Positions 14,691-27,900 of a stretch of 64,000 nt of DNA are shown in pieces. The notes under the pieces are model-generated. The model saw only the letters and a program-made list of their open reading frames with translations. It did not search any database and had not been told where the DNA came from. Position numbers and translations under genes: made by a program. The stretch's first letter is position 1. Each line of letters starts with the position of its first letter. Origin of the DNA: Chrysomallon squamiferum (taxonomy: Eukaryota; Animalia; Mollusca); contig CM022670.1 of NCBI GenBank assembly GCA_012295275.1, forward strand, positions 41,478,001-41,542,000, read 5' to 3'.

Positions 14691-15581
14691 TCCTTTATAT
14701 GTTTATTATGGCCACTGGATTTCAGTGTGGGGTTTACACAGAGGACAGTGTGAGGACTTGTACAGAGTTAGTCAAGTTCTGTAGTTTAGTCCTTGTTGCC
14801 CCTGAACTCAACTGTATGCACTGGTTAGTATTAAATAACATAACAAAAGGAACACGGAAATAATTATGACAATGGTATTAATAGAATATTAATAACAACA
14901 AAATAGTAATGAAAATAATGATGATGGTTATGATAAACCTCTCCACAAACTACTCCCCCCCCAAAAAAAAAAGAAATGGTGCCATATGTTTGGTTGTTAT
15001 CTTAGTGAAATTTGTTCTGCCTCACAAAAAATGTAATTTTATACCAGGCTGGGTTTTTTTGGGGTGTTCCAAGTGAAAGAGAGTAGAAGTGAGAGTGGTG
15101 ATGTGTGACTTACTCGTTCATCTACATGCCAGGCACACCACTATCACAGTCCATTGTTATTGTAATCACAAATTTCATATTTCTTTGTTCTTTGATTTAT
15201 AGCACACTAAACTATCAGTGTGCATCCATCCATTCGTGTGTGTGTGGTAGTGAATTATTGTTACCTATCCATCCAGTTTTATGATCACAAAAAATGTGTT
15301 TAATTGATACAGATAGGGTTAAATCTGCATGGATAATAAGCTGTTATTAATTCCGTTTTTCTCTGTGAAATCGGTTTTCATTTCATAAATGAAAATATTC
15401 AGTGGTAGGGTATTATTCAAATATCTAGTTCGCCAGCACTGCATTACAACATACTTTCTCAGTCAGGAATTTCTTTTTTCTTTTTTTTTAAAGTAATTTA
15501 TTGTTGGCTAGAAATTTAATTTGTTCATTATTTGGTTTTAATTAATAATTTTATTACTAATTTATTTTTTATGTAATTATT

Positions 15582-15644
<63 letters not shown>

Positions 15645-17805
15645 TTATTTTTTTTTTTTTTCTTTTTATGAATGATTATAATTAACCTGAGGAATACAAG
15701 TAATTTAGTTTATATAATTGTATTTTTGGAAAATCTATTTTGTGAATGATGTAAATTTAATAGAATCAATTATATCTTTTTTTTATTTAAATTTTATTAC
15801 ATTTGATCACTGTTTCTTGTAATTGAAATAAACAGTTATTAAATGAAAAACACAATTCCTATTTATTTTTGTTTTTATTTCATTACAGTTTAATCATTTT
15901 AATTTTAATTTCAGTATTTTAATGTTTTTATTGTATTTTATTGTACTTTTTCTCTTTTTTTCTACAAGATAATTCAAAAAATAAAATAAATTAATTTCAG
16001 TTCATTCAGTTCAGATTATTTTGTTAAAAAAATCTATAAATTGTTTAATCTGATTTTGAGGATTTTGATTTTCTCTCTTTTTTATTTTTATTTTTGTTTC
16101 TATTTTATTATTATTACACACACCCACACACATATATAATAAAAATATAAATCTTTTATTATTTAATTTTTTAAGCTGCACACATTTTGAAATATTAATC
16201 TGCAACACAACCTGTTTTTTTTTTTTATAACTATATTAAATATTTACCACTATAATCACAGTATCCCATTTTCTTGTTTTGAAAACAACCGCACACCTCA
16301 ACAAAACAACAGTTACAAAAACACGGCACTCAAGGTCAATTTAAATGATCTATGAATGGAGAAACAAAAGGTTTTCTTCTATCAATATCAGCAGTTGTGA
16401 GAGACAATTAAAACTGTGAGTAGTGGTAATGATTGTGCTTTGGATGTTTTTATTTGTTAATAATCACTGTATTGATCGTGGTGTACTGTCGTCACTGTAC
16501 TATGTGACTCCCTCTTCCCACCTATGCAGTTCCCGGTCAGACCCACTGATTGGGGCATTGTCTGCCCAAGCATCATCCACTACACTGACCAGCGGAGGTT
16601 TCATCTCACTCACACGAGGGACAGCCATTAAGCTGGACGACTTTACAAATATCAAATATAATTGATGAAAAATTGCTTCAGAGAATTGGGAATTCTCTTT
16701 CCTCACTGAAATTTCAAAAAAATATTTCATTTCAAAACGGTCGTGCAGATATTAACCAGAATATTCCGCTTGACATAAATGCATAGATACTGTCCATTTT
16801 CCAGCGCTTAATAGGCCTGTTATTTTCTCAGTGGGGGACGATGTTATTTATTTTATTATTGCGTTACGCATGGAGAGAGGCCGATGCTGAATTTTGATCG
16901 AAGGCGATCGATGGCGGTTCTAGTTGTTATGAATTAGTCTGAAATATTCCAAATAAGGTGGCTGGCTTTTTGTTGTTTTTGTTGTGAATAATTGATTGTT
17001 CTTGGATCAAGTTTGAAGTGATTCAAATCAAGTGTACTGTGAGATGGCAGCTTACAGGAAAATTCAAACTGCCAAAGTACAAGTGGCTCTTTGAACATAA
17101 CGTATTGATCACTGCCATTAATATTTCACTTTAAATATGTCAGGTGCCGCTTTGAAACACACTTAAATTATATTCTTGTTCCGCTTGTTTTTTTTATTCA
17201 AACATAAAACAGGTTGCTTGTGAATTATAAATAGCAATTGAACAAATATTTATGATTCAGTTTTATCAATAAGATCCTATTGAAAATGTTGTTTTTTAAA
17301 GAGAATAATTTTCCACGGGTGTGATTAATAAAGAAAACAAAAAAAAAAAATTGGAGAAAAAAAAAATTGAAAAGCAATATAAGTCATTTTAATATTTATT
17401 GAATAAGAGAATTACAAACTGTGATATTTATTAATGAAATATATTTTAAAATCACATCTGTTTATTTAAATTCAGTTTGTAATTTCATACTTGTGGCATT
17501 TATCATTACGGTAAGATTATTATTATTTTTAAATGATATCGATAAATCAAAAAATTAATATATATGTAATTACAGGATATTTTTTTTTATAAGAATAATA
17601 TTTATCATCTATAAATATTACACATTAATTATGTTATCAGTTTTCTTATCAGTTGAACATTTATTAAAATAACATAATTATTTGTTCATGACGTTATTAA
17701 AGTAATCTGTCATTTCTCCTTTTCTTTCTATATGCCAATGTATTGCTTTTCAAAAGAAAGAAAAGATTAAAAAAACAGATGTAGTTTGCTAAACACAACT
17801 GTTAA

Positions 17806-18050
17806 GTTATTAACCAGATCAATGATTTGCTCACCAGGATTAGTGGTTCACTAATCACATTCACTATGTTATTAACCAGATCAGTGGTTCCATTAAGTAT
17901 GATTAGTGGGTTCACTAAATTGGATTAGTATATCAGTAATCAGAGAACTAGCTTGTTAACACAGTTGTCTCACTATTCAAGATTTGCGTTCACTTATCAG
18001 TATCAGTATTTGACTAAACCAGTTAATTCTTCACCACTGGGTTCACCATT
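17806..18050. repeat. Degenerate ~20-bp minisatellite (attaaccagatcagtggttcact-like)
   Basis: Repeated ttattaaccagatca / gattagtggttcactaa. Confidence 0.55.
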
Positions 18051-18182
18051 TTAATGAGGCATTTAACTGTTCCGTTAATCTCGCAGCGTAAATTACGGGT
18101 GTTTGTAAAACTGGATAAACAAACACAAAAACAGAGGTGTTCGCTCCCATATCACATTAAACCCATTGTGCTATTGTGAGCC

Positions 18183-18196
18183 GTTGCCATGGTTAC
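18183..18196. promoter_or_regulatory. RFX X-box
   Basis: GTTGCCATGGTTAC (reverse complement GTAACCATGGCAAC) matches the X-box consensus and lies in a CpG-retaining island. Confidence 0.45.
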
Positions 18197-19632
18197 CGGC
18201 ATTTTTGTTATTTTGTCTATTAGCGATATGAATAAATTGGCACTGCATGATTGCATAAGAATGGAAATAGTCACTGGATACATGTAAATTAAGTGAGACA
18301 GTTTGCGGAATACTAAATGAGGAGCTGCTCTGGTGTAGCAGTTAAATGATTACAAGTCCTCATCAAATATTAATTCTCACTTAAAAAAACAAGCATATCT
18401 CTCACTCTGCTTTTATCTCAGTCTCATTTTAGACAACACAGTTGTTTAGCTTTCATTATTCTGTTTCATCGCCAACATCATCATTATTATATTTAAATTT
18501 ATTTTTATATTTATGTTTTATTTATTATTATTAAATTTATGGTTTATATTATTATTATTTATTGTTGTTGTTGTGGTTTTGATGTTATAATAAGTTCACA
18601 ATTAAATCTTTTTCAGTCACTATTTTTCCTAATCCAGCCTGTGGCTCTCAAATTGTTAATACAGGCCATCAAGTGTGTTTTCTAATTATAGAAAATCACT
18701 TTTAAAACACTTCTTTGTTCTAAATTTTACATGTCACATGGTGTGCGTAGCTTGTTTTTCTAAACGTTTTCTATTAAATATTATTTTTTATTTTTATTTT
18801 TTTACAATTACATGCATGCACAGGTACACCTGTGAAAAGATGCAGATACCTATATCAAATTTGTATTAAATGTTGTGTGTATTTTATTTCATGTTGAAAA
18901 TGCAGAATTTTGTGTGATTATTGCTGCTGATAACAGCATGTGATGTGTGATGCATGTTGGTTAACAAGTGCAAGTCAGCCACGTGAAACATCTCACCCAG
19001 CTGATGATAATAGGATGTACGGAGAGAACCGACCAATCACAGCTCAGTATCATGTTGACAATGGAATTCTCATGTGGCAAACACATTTTTCAGTGTTAAA
19101 TTTGCAGAGTAAACCTATATTCACTGCTCCAGCTATAAAAAAATTATTTTGTAATTTTTGTCTTTGCACGAATTGTTTGATTTTTAACAAAACCCTGTTG
19201 CAATGGGCGTTTTTGAGTTGATTTTCAATTTAACAATACCCTTTTTGAATTTTTGAAAAAAAGAGAGAGAAAGGTTTGTTTTGTTTCTAAATCAACCAGT
19301 ACTTAGCACGAGACTGTAAAGTATATCACAAACACAATAAATAATATTCAATAATTCAAAGTAAGCATGACTTGTAAAAATAATATATACTAGTGTAATT
19401 TTTTTTCTGCTTATTTTATGTGATGTATCTGAATTCAGGGTGTTCGGGGACATTATTTTTAAGCTTCATTGAACATTGTTTGAAAAAAAAAATGAAAAGA
19501 AAATATAAAAAAAATAGGTGCAAATGCAACACCTGAAGTTTAAAAAGTTGAGTCTTCATTATCAATGACCCATGTTTTTAGTGCAGTGTGACTGAGACTA
19601 AATAACAAGTAAAATATTCTGTCTGTATGTAG

Positions 19633-19680
<48 letters not shown>

Positions 19681-22600
19681 ACAAGTGTTTGGATAGACAT
19701 GTGTACATATGTTTGTGTTTTGATGTTGTGAATATGTAAGTATGTTTGTGTTTACATTGATATGTATGTATGTTTGTGTTCACATGTTGAATAAGAATGT
19801 ATATTGACTGTGTATTTTAGTTGTTGGTTTTGGTTGTTTTTTTATGTGTGTGTGGATACCTAATACTGTTTGTTTTTATTAGATATAAACTTTTAAAAAT
19901 TCATACATATTTACACAAACATCACACACAACAAATGCACACACATCTTTGATATATATACACACACATACATAAATCATACCTCCCTGTCTATAATTAC
20001 ACAGACATACTGTTAGTAAACTCAGATATCTGCCAGTTTTCACACACTTATTTACATTATTATCAATTCCTATAAACATCTACTAATTCTCTTAAAAATA
20101 AAAATAAACAAAACCGAAGACAACATTTCTTTTTGTTCTATTCTTTGAAAATACTTCATTATAAAGTAATCTGACAACAAAAGCAGTGTTTGTTTTGGGT
20201 TTTAACTGCACTTTACAGGTGTGTTTTTCTTAAGCCAGCATTTTAACAGTTTAATTCCCTTTGTGTTCCACTCACTAATCCTTCAAATAGGATTTTCCAG
20301 TCATTTCTCATTGTTTTCTTTGTGTGTGATTGACATTTCAATTAACCACCGCAATTATCACTGCAGCAGTGGTTGTTTGGTTGACACTGCAGCTGCTGAT
20401 GTTGTCATGTCGTAGTTGTTGCTAACAACTGAAAACTGATAGCGTTAGCCTGTCCAGCTTGTTGAACTGTTAAGTTTGTGAAAGTGAAAAGTGTGAAAAT
20501 ATTTCTGTGTTTATTGTAATCCCTGCCTGTGTATCAGTTACTTCTTCACAGACAGGTAGAGGAGTAAGGTGATATTTCCAGGCAGGTGAAAGAATTTTAA
20601 ACTGTATTTGTGAGAAAGTGTGTTAATACTTCGTTGAAATCCTTACCCATTAAACTCTTACTAATATTACAGAGGCTTGTCCTGTTTTTTAGAAAAAGAA
20701 AAAAGAAATATTGTTTTATTATTTATTTTTCTTTATTTTTTCTTTATTTTTTTTTTTTATTTTTTTAAATTACATAATTTATATATTTAATTATTTATTA
20801 TTATATTTTTTCTTCTTTTGTTATTGTTTTATTTTTTTTTTTTCTCTTGTTTTTTTTCTCACGTACTTTCTGCTTTTTTCGCCATCTTTTATTTTTTTTT
20901 TTTTTTTTTTTTTTTTCTGCTTCTCAGTTACTTTGTCTAATCCTGTTATATCCTGATCATCAAATGATATTAAATTATAAAAATGGTTAAATTTTTGATT
21001 TTTTAATTTTCATAATTAATAAAGTAAATTAAATGTATTGTTTAAAAATTGATAAATAGATTCTGTGTTCCATTTTTTATTATTTTATTTAATTCTAATC
21101 TTAATATGTGACTTTGAAGTTGAGTTGGACAGTGTCAGGCTTTCATAAAATAAAATCCTGCTTTTAAGGTAACTTCTGATAAGATAGATTGTAGGTAATT
21201 TTATGTTTATAATAGGAATAATTATGTTAAATAGATGATAGGAATATTTTATGTTAAATAGGTAATTAAATAACTGACACACACATCATTTAATTAGCAT
21301 TTTTATTACTTAATTCAGGATTATTTTTCCAAACTTCATTTTATTTCAATTTACATATTTACGTATAAAACACCAGTAGTTATGGCCATTAAGGAAAAGG
21401 AAAAAAAAAATCTTTGTGAAAAGAAGAGATTTAACTCTACTTTCTATGATTATTTTTACCACATTACACATTTTTCTTTTTTTTTTTTTCGTTTTTCTTT
21501 TTGTTTTTGAAAATTCACTTAGTGTGTTCAATAGAAAAATAATTATTATTTATGACCAAATGTCATAAATGACTATTTTTCGTCTTTATTTTATTCTTAT
21601 TTTTTATTTTTTTATTTTTTGGCGTTATGCTAAGTGGATAAAAAGTATTTAATAGAAATTCATTTTATTGTAGCATTTTGAATTATAATAATAAAAAAAA
21701 GAAAAGTATTCTGCCTTTATAATGGACTTTACAATGTGGCTAAATGTATAGTTGCAAATAATAACTTTGTATGATTAATGTTTCACTTTGATATGGTAAT
21801 GGAAAGCTCTATTATACGTACAGCCTGGAGAACACAACATCACATAAATGTCAGTTCACCTAGTACTCACTGCTTTGATAGCTCATAATGCTGTTTATTA
21901 TTCAAAGGTTTATTTAGACTTAAACTTTCTGCCATCACTTTGTTTAGCAGTCTTAAACAACCACACAGGTCAGATGATATGTATTTATTTGAGTCATAGA
22001 TGTACAATTACTTTTTTTTTCTCTCATTTTTCAATTTATATTTTCTTATTTGTAAAGATGTCATATAGGCTGTTTAAATGGGGACTGACGTTGTCAAAAA
22101 AAAAAAAAAAAAAAAAAAATTGAAATTAATAAAAAGTTCAGTAGGTGGAGTGTGTGTTGGCATTCAGTCAGGTTTTTTTTATTTTTATTATTAACCAGCA
22201 CCTGACCCTGTTTTTAAACTTTACACAGTATCTGACTGATAAAATTAAAGATAAAAGCGTGGGTCACTTTTCAAAGCTGTTTTTAAAAGCTGTTTATTCT
22301 TTAGAAGGCCAAAGAACAGAATTAAATTCACTGGTAATGTAGAACATTGTTTTATCTATTTCATAAACCAAGCACCACCCACAGTCACACACACAGATAC
22401 ACTACACATTTACAAACATAATTATTAATTTTATTCCATTTTAAATTTTGTTTTAGATAAAATATGTTTCATTAACTGTCATTATTAAAGTGGTGATTGT
22501 TTTAAATTAGCTCATTACATTAATAAATAAATGAAAATTAAAAATAGTTAAAAATAAGTTCATAAGTTTTGGTATAGTTTAATATAGTTTCTTTGTTATT

Positions 22601-22729
22601 CCTTTCTTTTATTCTTTTTAGTTATTTATTTTTAATATTTTTAAAAATAAATTTAACTTCAATTAATAAGAAAGTTCAGAATCTTTTAGATTTATCTTAA
22701 AGCTTTGTAAAAATATTTGACATTTACTA

Positions 22730-23150
22730 AAATACAGTTATAAAAATGTTCTACAATCTTTGCTGTAATTAAAACAATATTACATAATATTATAACAATG
22801 TTCTATAGTTTATTTTAATTAGAATAATATTAAATTATTAAATTATTAGAATATTGTATACAATTTTATAACAATGTTCTATATAGTTTTCTTTTAATAA
22901 GAATAATATTACCGAATATATTAAATTATTAGAATATTGTATAACATTTTAAAACAATGTTCTACACAGCTTACCATAATTTTCACTATTACATAATTTA
23001 TTAAATTGTATAAAACTTTAATTACAATATTGTATAAAATTTTATAACCTTTATAAATTTTACTGGAATTAAAACTATTACATTGTTTATTAAATTATTA
23101 CAATGTTGTATAATTTTAAAGCAATGTAAACCATGATTACTAAATTATGA
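22730..23150. repeat. AT-rich degenerate tandem repeat (attaaattattagaatattgtataacaatgttcta)
   Basis: Several recurring copies of acaatgttcta and aattatta(g/c)aat(a/g)ttgtata. Confidence 0.65.
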
Positions 23151-23639
23151 TACATAAATTCTATTAGCACTACAGGCCAAACAATTTAATTGTATCTTCT
23201 TTCTGTTTTATATCTGTGAAGACCATAAAATCTTTGCTACAAAAATATTTTAGATATCTTGTACCACAGAAAATACACTTTGAGATATCATAACATAACT
23301 TACTGAAAAAAAAAAACTAAAAAAAACTTCAAATAGTTTAATTTTATTTTATTTGTTTGTTTCTCAAGGTAATTTTCTTATCTTTAGAAATGTTTCTGTG
23401 GCAGGTAACTATTTGTGAGAAATTGAGTGTGCAATGGAATTCTTTCCTTCTCTTTGATTTGTGGTAAAGAACTTTGTCAGATAGTAATTGAGTTTGGAAA
23501 GTTTTAAAAAAGTAAAATGAAGAGTGGTAAACATAGGAGAAAGATTATCAAAACTGTGAGAATTATATAAATAGATGTTAGAATTGTAGTGAGATATTAG
23601 AGAAATAAAATAGCGAGGATAGATAAAGAATTAGAGAGA

Positions 23640-23785
23640 CACAGAATAAGGGGTGGGAATGACAGAAATAAAAAGGGTGTCAATGACAAAAGTGTGAATG
23701 AGAGTTAGAGAAGGGGTGGGAGTGAAGGGGTGGCAGAGAAAGGGTGGGAGTGGTGGGGTGGGAATGAAGGGGTGGGAATGATAGA
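23640..23785 (+). repeat. G-rich short repeat (gaaggggtgggaat)
   Basis: Multiple GGG/GGGG runs with short spacers. Confidence 0.7.
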
Positions 23786-24726
23786 ACGAGAGAATCAATC
23801 TGGCAGCTGACAGTTCTGTGTATAAACATGATCATCATTTTAGCAGGATTTATAATGAAATTTACTCTCAGATAAAGCAACAAGATTTGAGTGTCGATAA
23901 AGTGTCAACAGTGACATGCCTGATCGTGACGTGCGCTGCAACTCACCACCATCTCTTATTGATTGGCCGACAGCGGCGTGCACACAACTACAACCAAGTC
24001 GCAATGCAAATTATGACGTGTGATTTATCTGAATAATTATGGTTCAGAAACGGTGCAGCCAAACTGAAATCAGTCTGCTGAAAGCTGCTCAGTCCGCATT
24101 AGTTTGAGAAATTATATTCAAGAAAATGTCAATCCCTGTCTCAATATTTCTGCAAAACAATTTGAAGAGTGCTGAGCTATAATTTGCATTTAAATGGGTT
24201 TCTTCCCACAGGTCGAGTTTCAGACTGCACGATCTATTTAGGAAAATCTCATTTTGTAGAAAGTATCACTCCAAATGAATGGGTAGTCAGAATGTGGATT
24301 GATATTATTGTACTTTTCAATCACCTCATTACTGACTTGAAAATTAACCATAAATTGCATTTACATGCTTCTATAGGGAATATTAATACCTAGATAATGA
24401 ATGTCCATCTTAAATTTCTGGCAGCAGCTTCCAATGAAGCTGTCTTTCTGTCTGTGTGAGGGTTACCTAATAAAATAATTTTGATACACATGACATGTTG
24501 TGTATTTATTTTTTCATATCAATATTAGATAGTATGTTGTTTTGTTTTTCTTTGTAGTTTATTACAGTGTGATAACTGTACAATACACATTTCATACTTG
24601 TAAGACTTCTGTTTGCTTTCTCCAAATGTGTGTATAAAAGTGCACACACTTTAACAAATTTTCATTTATTATTATTATTATTATATTAAATTACGTTTTA
24701 TTTGACAGTAGTCTGTAGTTTTTCTA

Positions 24727-24758
24727 TTCTAACTTGGGTATGTTTTGTGTATTTTCAG
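24727..24758 (+). promoter_or_regulatory. Branch point and 3' splice acceptor of the coding exon
   Basis: TTCTAAC (24727-24733), then a T/G-rich tract and TTTTCAG (AG at 24757-24758), 228 nt upstream of the ATG. Confidence 0.65.
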
Positions 24759-24759
24759 C

Positions 24760-24888
24760 ATGGATGGCCAAGTCGCTGTTTGTGGATTTGCTAACTGTTA
24801 CCTGAGAAGTACAACTCCACCACTGTATCACTGAAAGATGTCCACAAACTTGAAAACCAGTAAGAAACACAAAACTGACTACATTTGA
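24760..24888 (+). other. Three upstream ORFs in the putative 5' leader
   Basis: ATG24760-TGA24834 (24 aa), ATG24764-TGA24805 (13 aa), ATG24838-TGA24888 (16 aa), all between the acceptor and the main ATG. Confidence 0.5.
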
Positions 24889-24986
24889 CTGTCAGGGAAA
24901 GGTGATTTTTTTAAATAAAAATTTCTTTTCTCCAAATTTGTGTGTTAAAACCTAAAAAAAAAAAGACTGAACATTTTGGAGTTACC

Positions 24987-27900
24987 ATGATTACAACAAG
25001 CCGTCGAAAGCAGACAAAACCTATACGGGTTTACGAGGACTATGGACCCTTGGTTCCAAACCCGCCAGCAGCAGAACAGTTTTCTTATTCCAATGGCAGC
25101 AGTGCCTGTCAAGAGGAGGTGGGTCAGCAGGAAGATGAGGACCTACCCATGGATCTGCACATCTCCATCATCTCCTGCAGCAAGTGTCCCGAAACATTCC
25201 CCACCCAGGACGACCTGGCTCGCCACATGTCTTCTGTCCACACACAGCCGAAAGAGTCGGAGAAACCAAAAGATGATGACAAAGGATATCCTACAGCATA
25301 TCACCGTCTGGGCAGAGAGTTCCAACAGGAAAACAAGTTCCTCAACGGAAACGAGGAGCAGACTGCCCCTGCAGGAGACACGCCCGCCGACTCCCACCAC
25401 CCAGACTGCAAAGAACTGCTTGGTGAGCCAGTGAACAAGTTGGACGGGAGCCGCATTTTTCATCAGGATGCTTTCTGTGAGCTGTGCGAGCGTGAGTTCT
25501 GTAACAAGTATTTTCTCAAAACTCACAAAGCCAACAAACATGGGATATATGAGAATTCCACTTCTCCATTCAGCATGAATTCAACATCTGGATCATCCCC
25601 CTTGAGTATGGTGATGCCCCAAGATGTTACAATGCAGTTGCCAATTTCCCTGAAAATAGAGCAGCCACAGTCAAAACCATTACAAACATTTCCAAAAACT
25701 GAACCTAAACTTTCAACCACAGTCAAACTGGAGGCAACAAAACCTGAAGTCCCTATTCAAAAGCCTCCAACAGAGGTGAAGAAAGAACCAGTTCTGAACA
25801 AACACACAACCATCAATGTCTCTGCTCCAGCTGTTGTCACTAGCAGCAGCAGCATCAGCATCAGTAACAACATCAACATCAACAACAATAATAATAACAG
25901 CAGCAGCAGCAGCATTAGTATCAACAACAACAACAATAACAATAACAACAACAACAACAGTAGTAGTGGTACATCTGTACCAAGACTGGATATGGAAGAT
26001 TATTGTGAAATATGTCAAAAGCATTTCTGCAACAAATACTACCTCAAGAAGCATAAGCAAGATGTCCATGGTATTGTGCCTGAAAACCCAACCACACCAC
26101 AGTCTGGCAAACGTCGACACATACCCTCCTCCATCTCATCTCTTGACAACCAGCCACCAATGATTGTGTCCACATCATCACAGATGATCTTACCTCCTCC
26201 AATGGTAAACATGGGTCTGCCAAATATGCCTCTAAACATGCCTGGAGTCATGGTCCTCAACCCATTCATGCCTCCTGTTGCCATCATTCCTGCACAAACC
26301 CTTGTTCCTCAGCAACAAATTCACAGCCAACCCCCAACCATCATTTCCCAGCCACTGCCTATTAGTTCTGAAAGTCCAATGCCTTGTAGTACCGCAGCCT
26401 CTGTTATAACCACTACAACCTCAATCTCATCACCACATGAGTCCTCCAAAACTGAACAAACATCATCAAAGATGTTGCCTTCGGTTGCCAATGATGCCCT
26501 GCGTGGAATTGGTGTCCTTAATGCAGAAGCATACTGTGAACTCTGTCGTAAAGAATTCTGTAACAAATATTTCTTGAAAGTTCACAGAGCAAACAAACAT
26601 GGAATATTCAGCGATGACTTGTCATTACCATTTGGAATGTCTTACGAAGGTCTTGATGCCTCTATGCTGGGTGGCATCAAGTTCCCACTTGACATGAAGA
26701 TGGAGGCTGGTTCTCAATCCAGCCCAAATACAGTATCAAATTCTGACTCACCAGTGACATTCTGCAATCTCTGCAATACCGAATTTTCCAGTAAATACTC
26801 ATACAAAATTCACAGGATGAATGTTCATGGGATGCTGAATGAGAGTCTGTTTGATGGTTCACTGCCTGATGGATCAGACATCCCCATGTCAGCCACAGAT
26901 CTCAGCAGCTCGGAGGGATTGTTGAAAGTTGCAGCAGAGGCTCACATGGCAGAACTGAAGGAAGCAGGCAGTGTGACTAGCAGCGCGGGAGACTCTAATG
27001 CTACAACCATATTTGGAAACATGATAGCAGCAAAACTGGCTGACAGAGTCATTTGTGATGTGTGCAATAAAGAACTGACTAACAAGTATTTTCTTAAAGC
27101 CCACAAGCTCAGGGTGCATGGCATTGACTTGAGTCCTCAGGAGAAGGCTGCTGAAGCAGCTGCAGCTGCAGCTTTTTCCAGTGGAAAGCAGACACCCATT
27201 TCCTCATCAGGAATGAAGCTTCCTATCCCAAATCCAAAAGACCAAAGAGACTTGTCAATCATCACTGCAGAGATGATCACCCAGGACATCCTGCAGAGAT
27301 CTCAGACTCTGAACCTCAGTAAGAAGCAGCACGAGCTGAGTCACCTCACTCCAGAGTCGTCAACAGAGAAGCCATCCAGTGACGAATTGGTGAAGCTGGG
27401 AATTGATCCTGAAGCATACTGTGAGATATGTAAAAAGGAATTCTGTAGTAAATACTTCCTGCGCACTCATAAGCTGAACATTCATGGTATTCGCACTGAG
27501 AACTGTGAACCTACCACTAAAGTCAGTACACCATTCAGCAGTGCTCCAAAGAACATTCTGCCAAAGTGTTCATTAGCAGGGAGTGTTAGTGCCCCAAGCA
27601 CAATGAACAACTTAACAAGCAGCTTTCACAACTCTCTGCTGAACAGCAGTCTGTTCAGCATGGCAGGATTCAATCCTTTTGGTGGACATGGGCCAATGCC
27701 AGGGTTTCCTGCACTTCCTGGTTTCCCAGGAATGCCAAGTTTACCAGGACTTAACTTGACTTCAAGTCTCTTTGGGAACTGCAGCATCAACAGCCACAAT
27801 AACAGCCACAATAACAACAACAACAACAAGATAAAGGATCATTTCAAGGAAAATCATATCAGTATCAGTAAAGAGTCTTCTGGCAAGAGTTCCAGTAAGG

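Noticed and set aside
24942-24986. ORF-track start at GTG 24942 (MLKPKKKKT...)
   Set aside because: Non-ATG start in a eukaryote. ATG 24987 has a good Kozak context and places the SRRKQ motif near the N-terminus.
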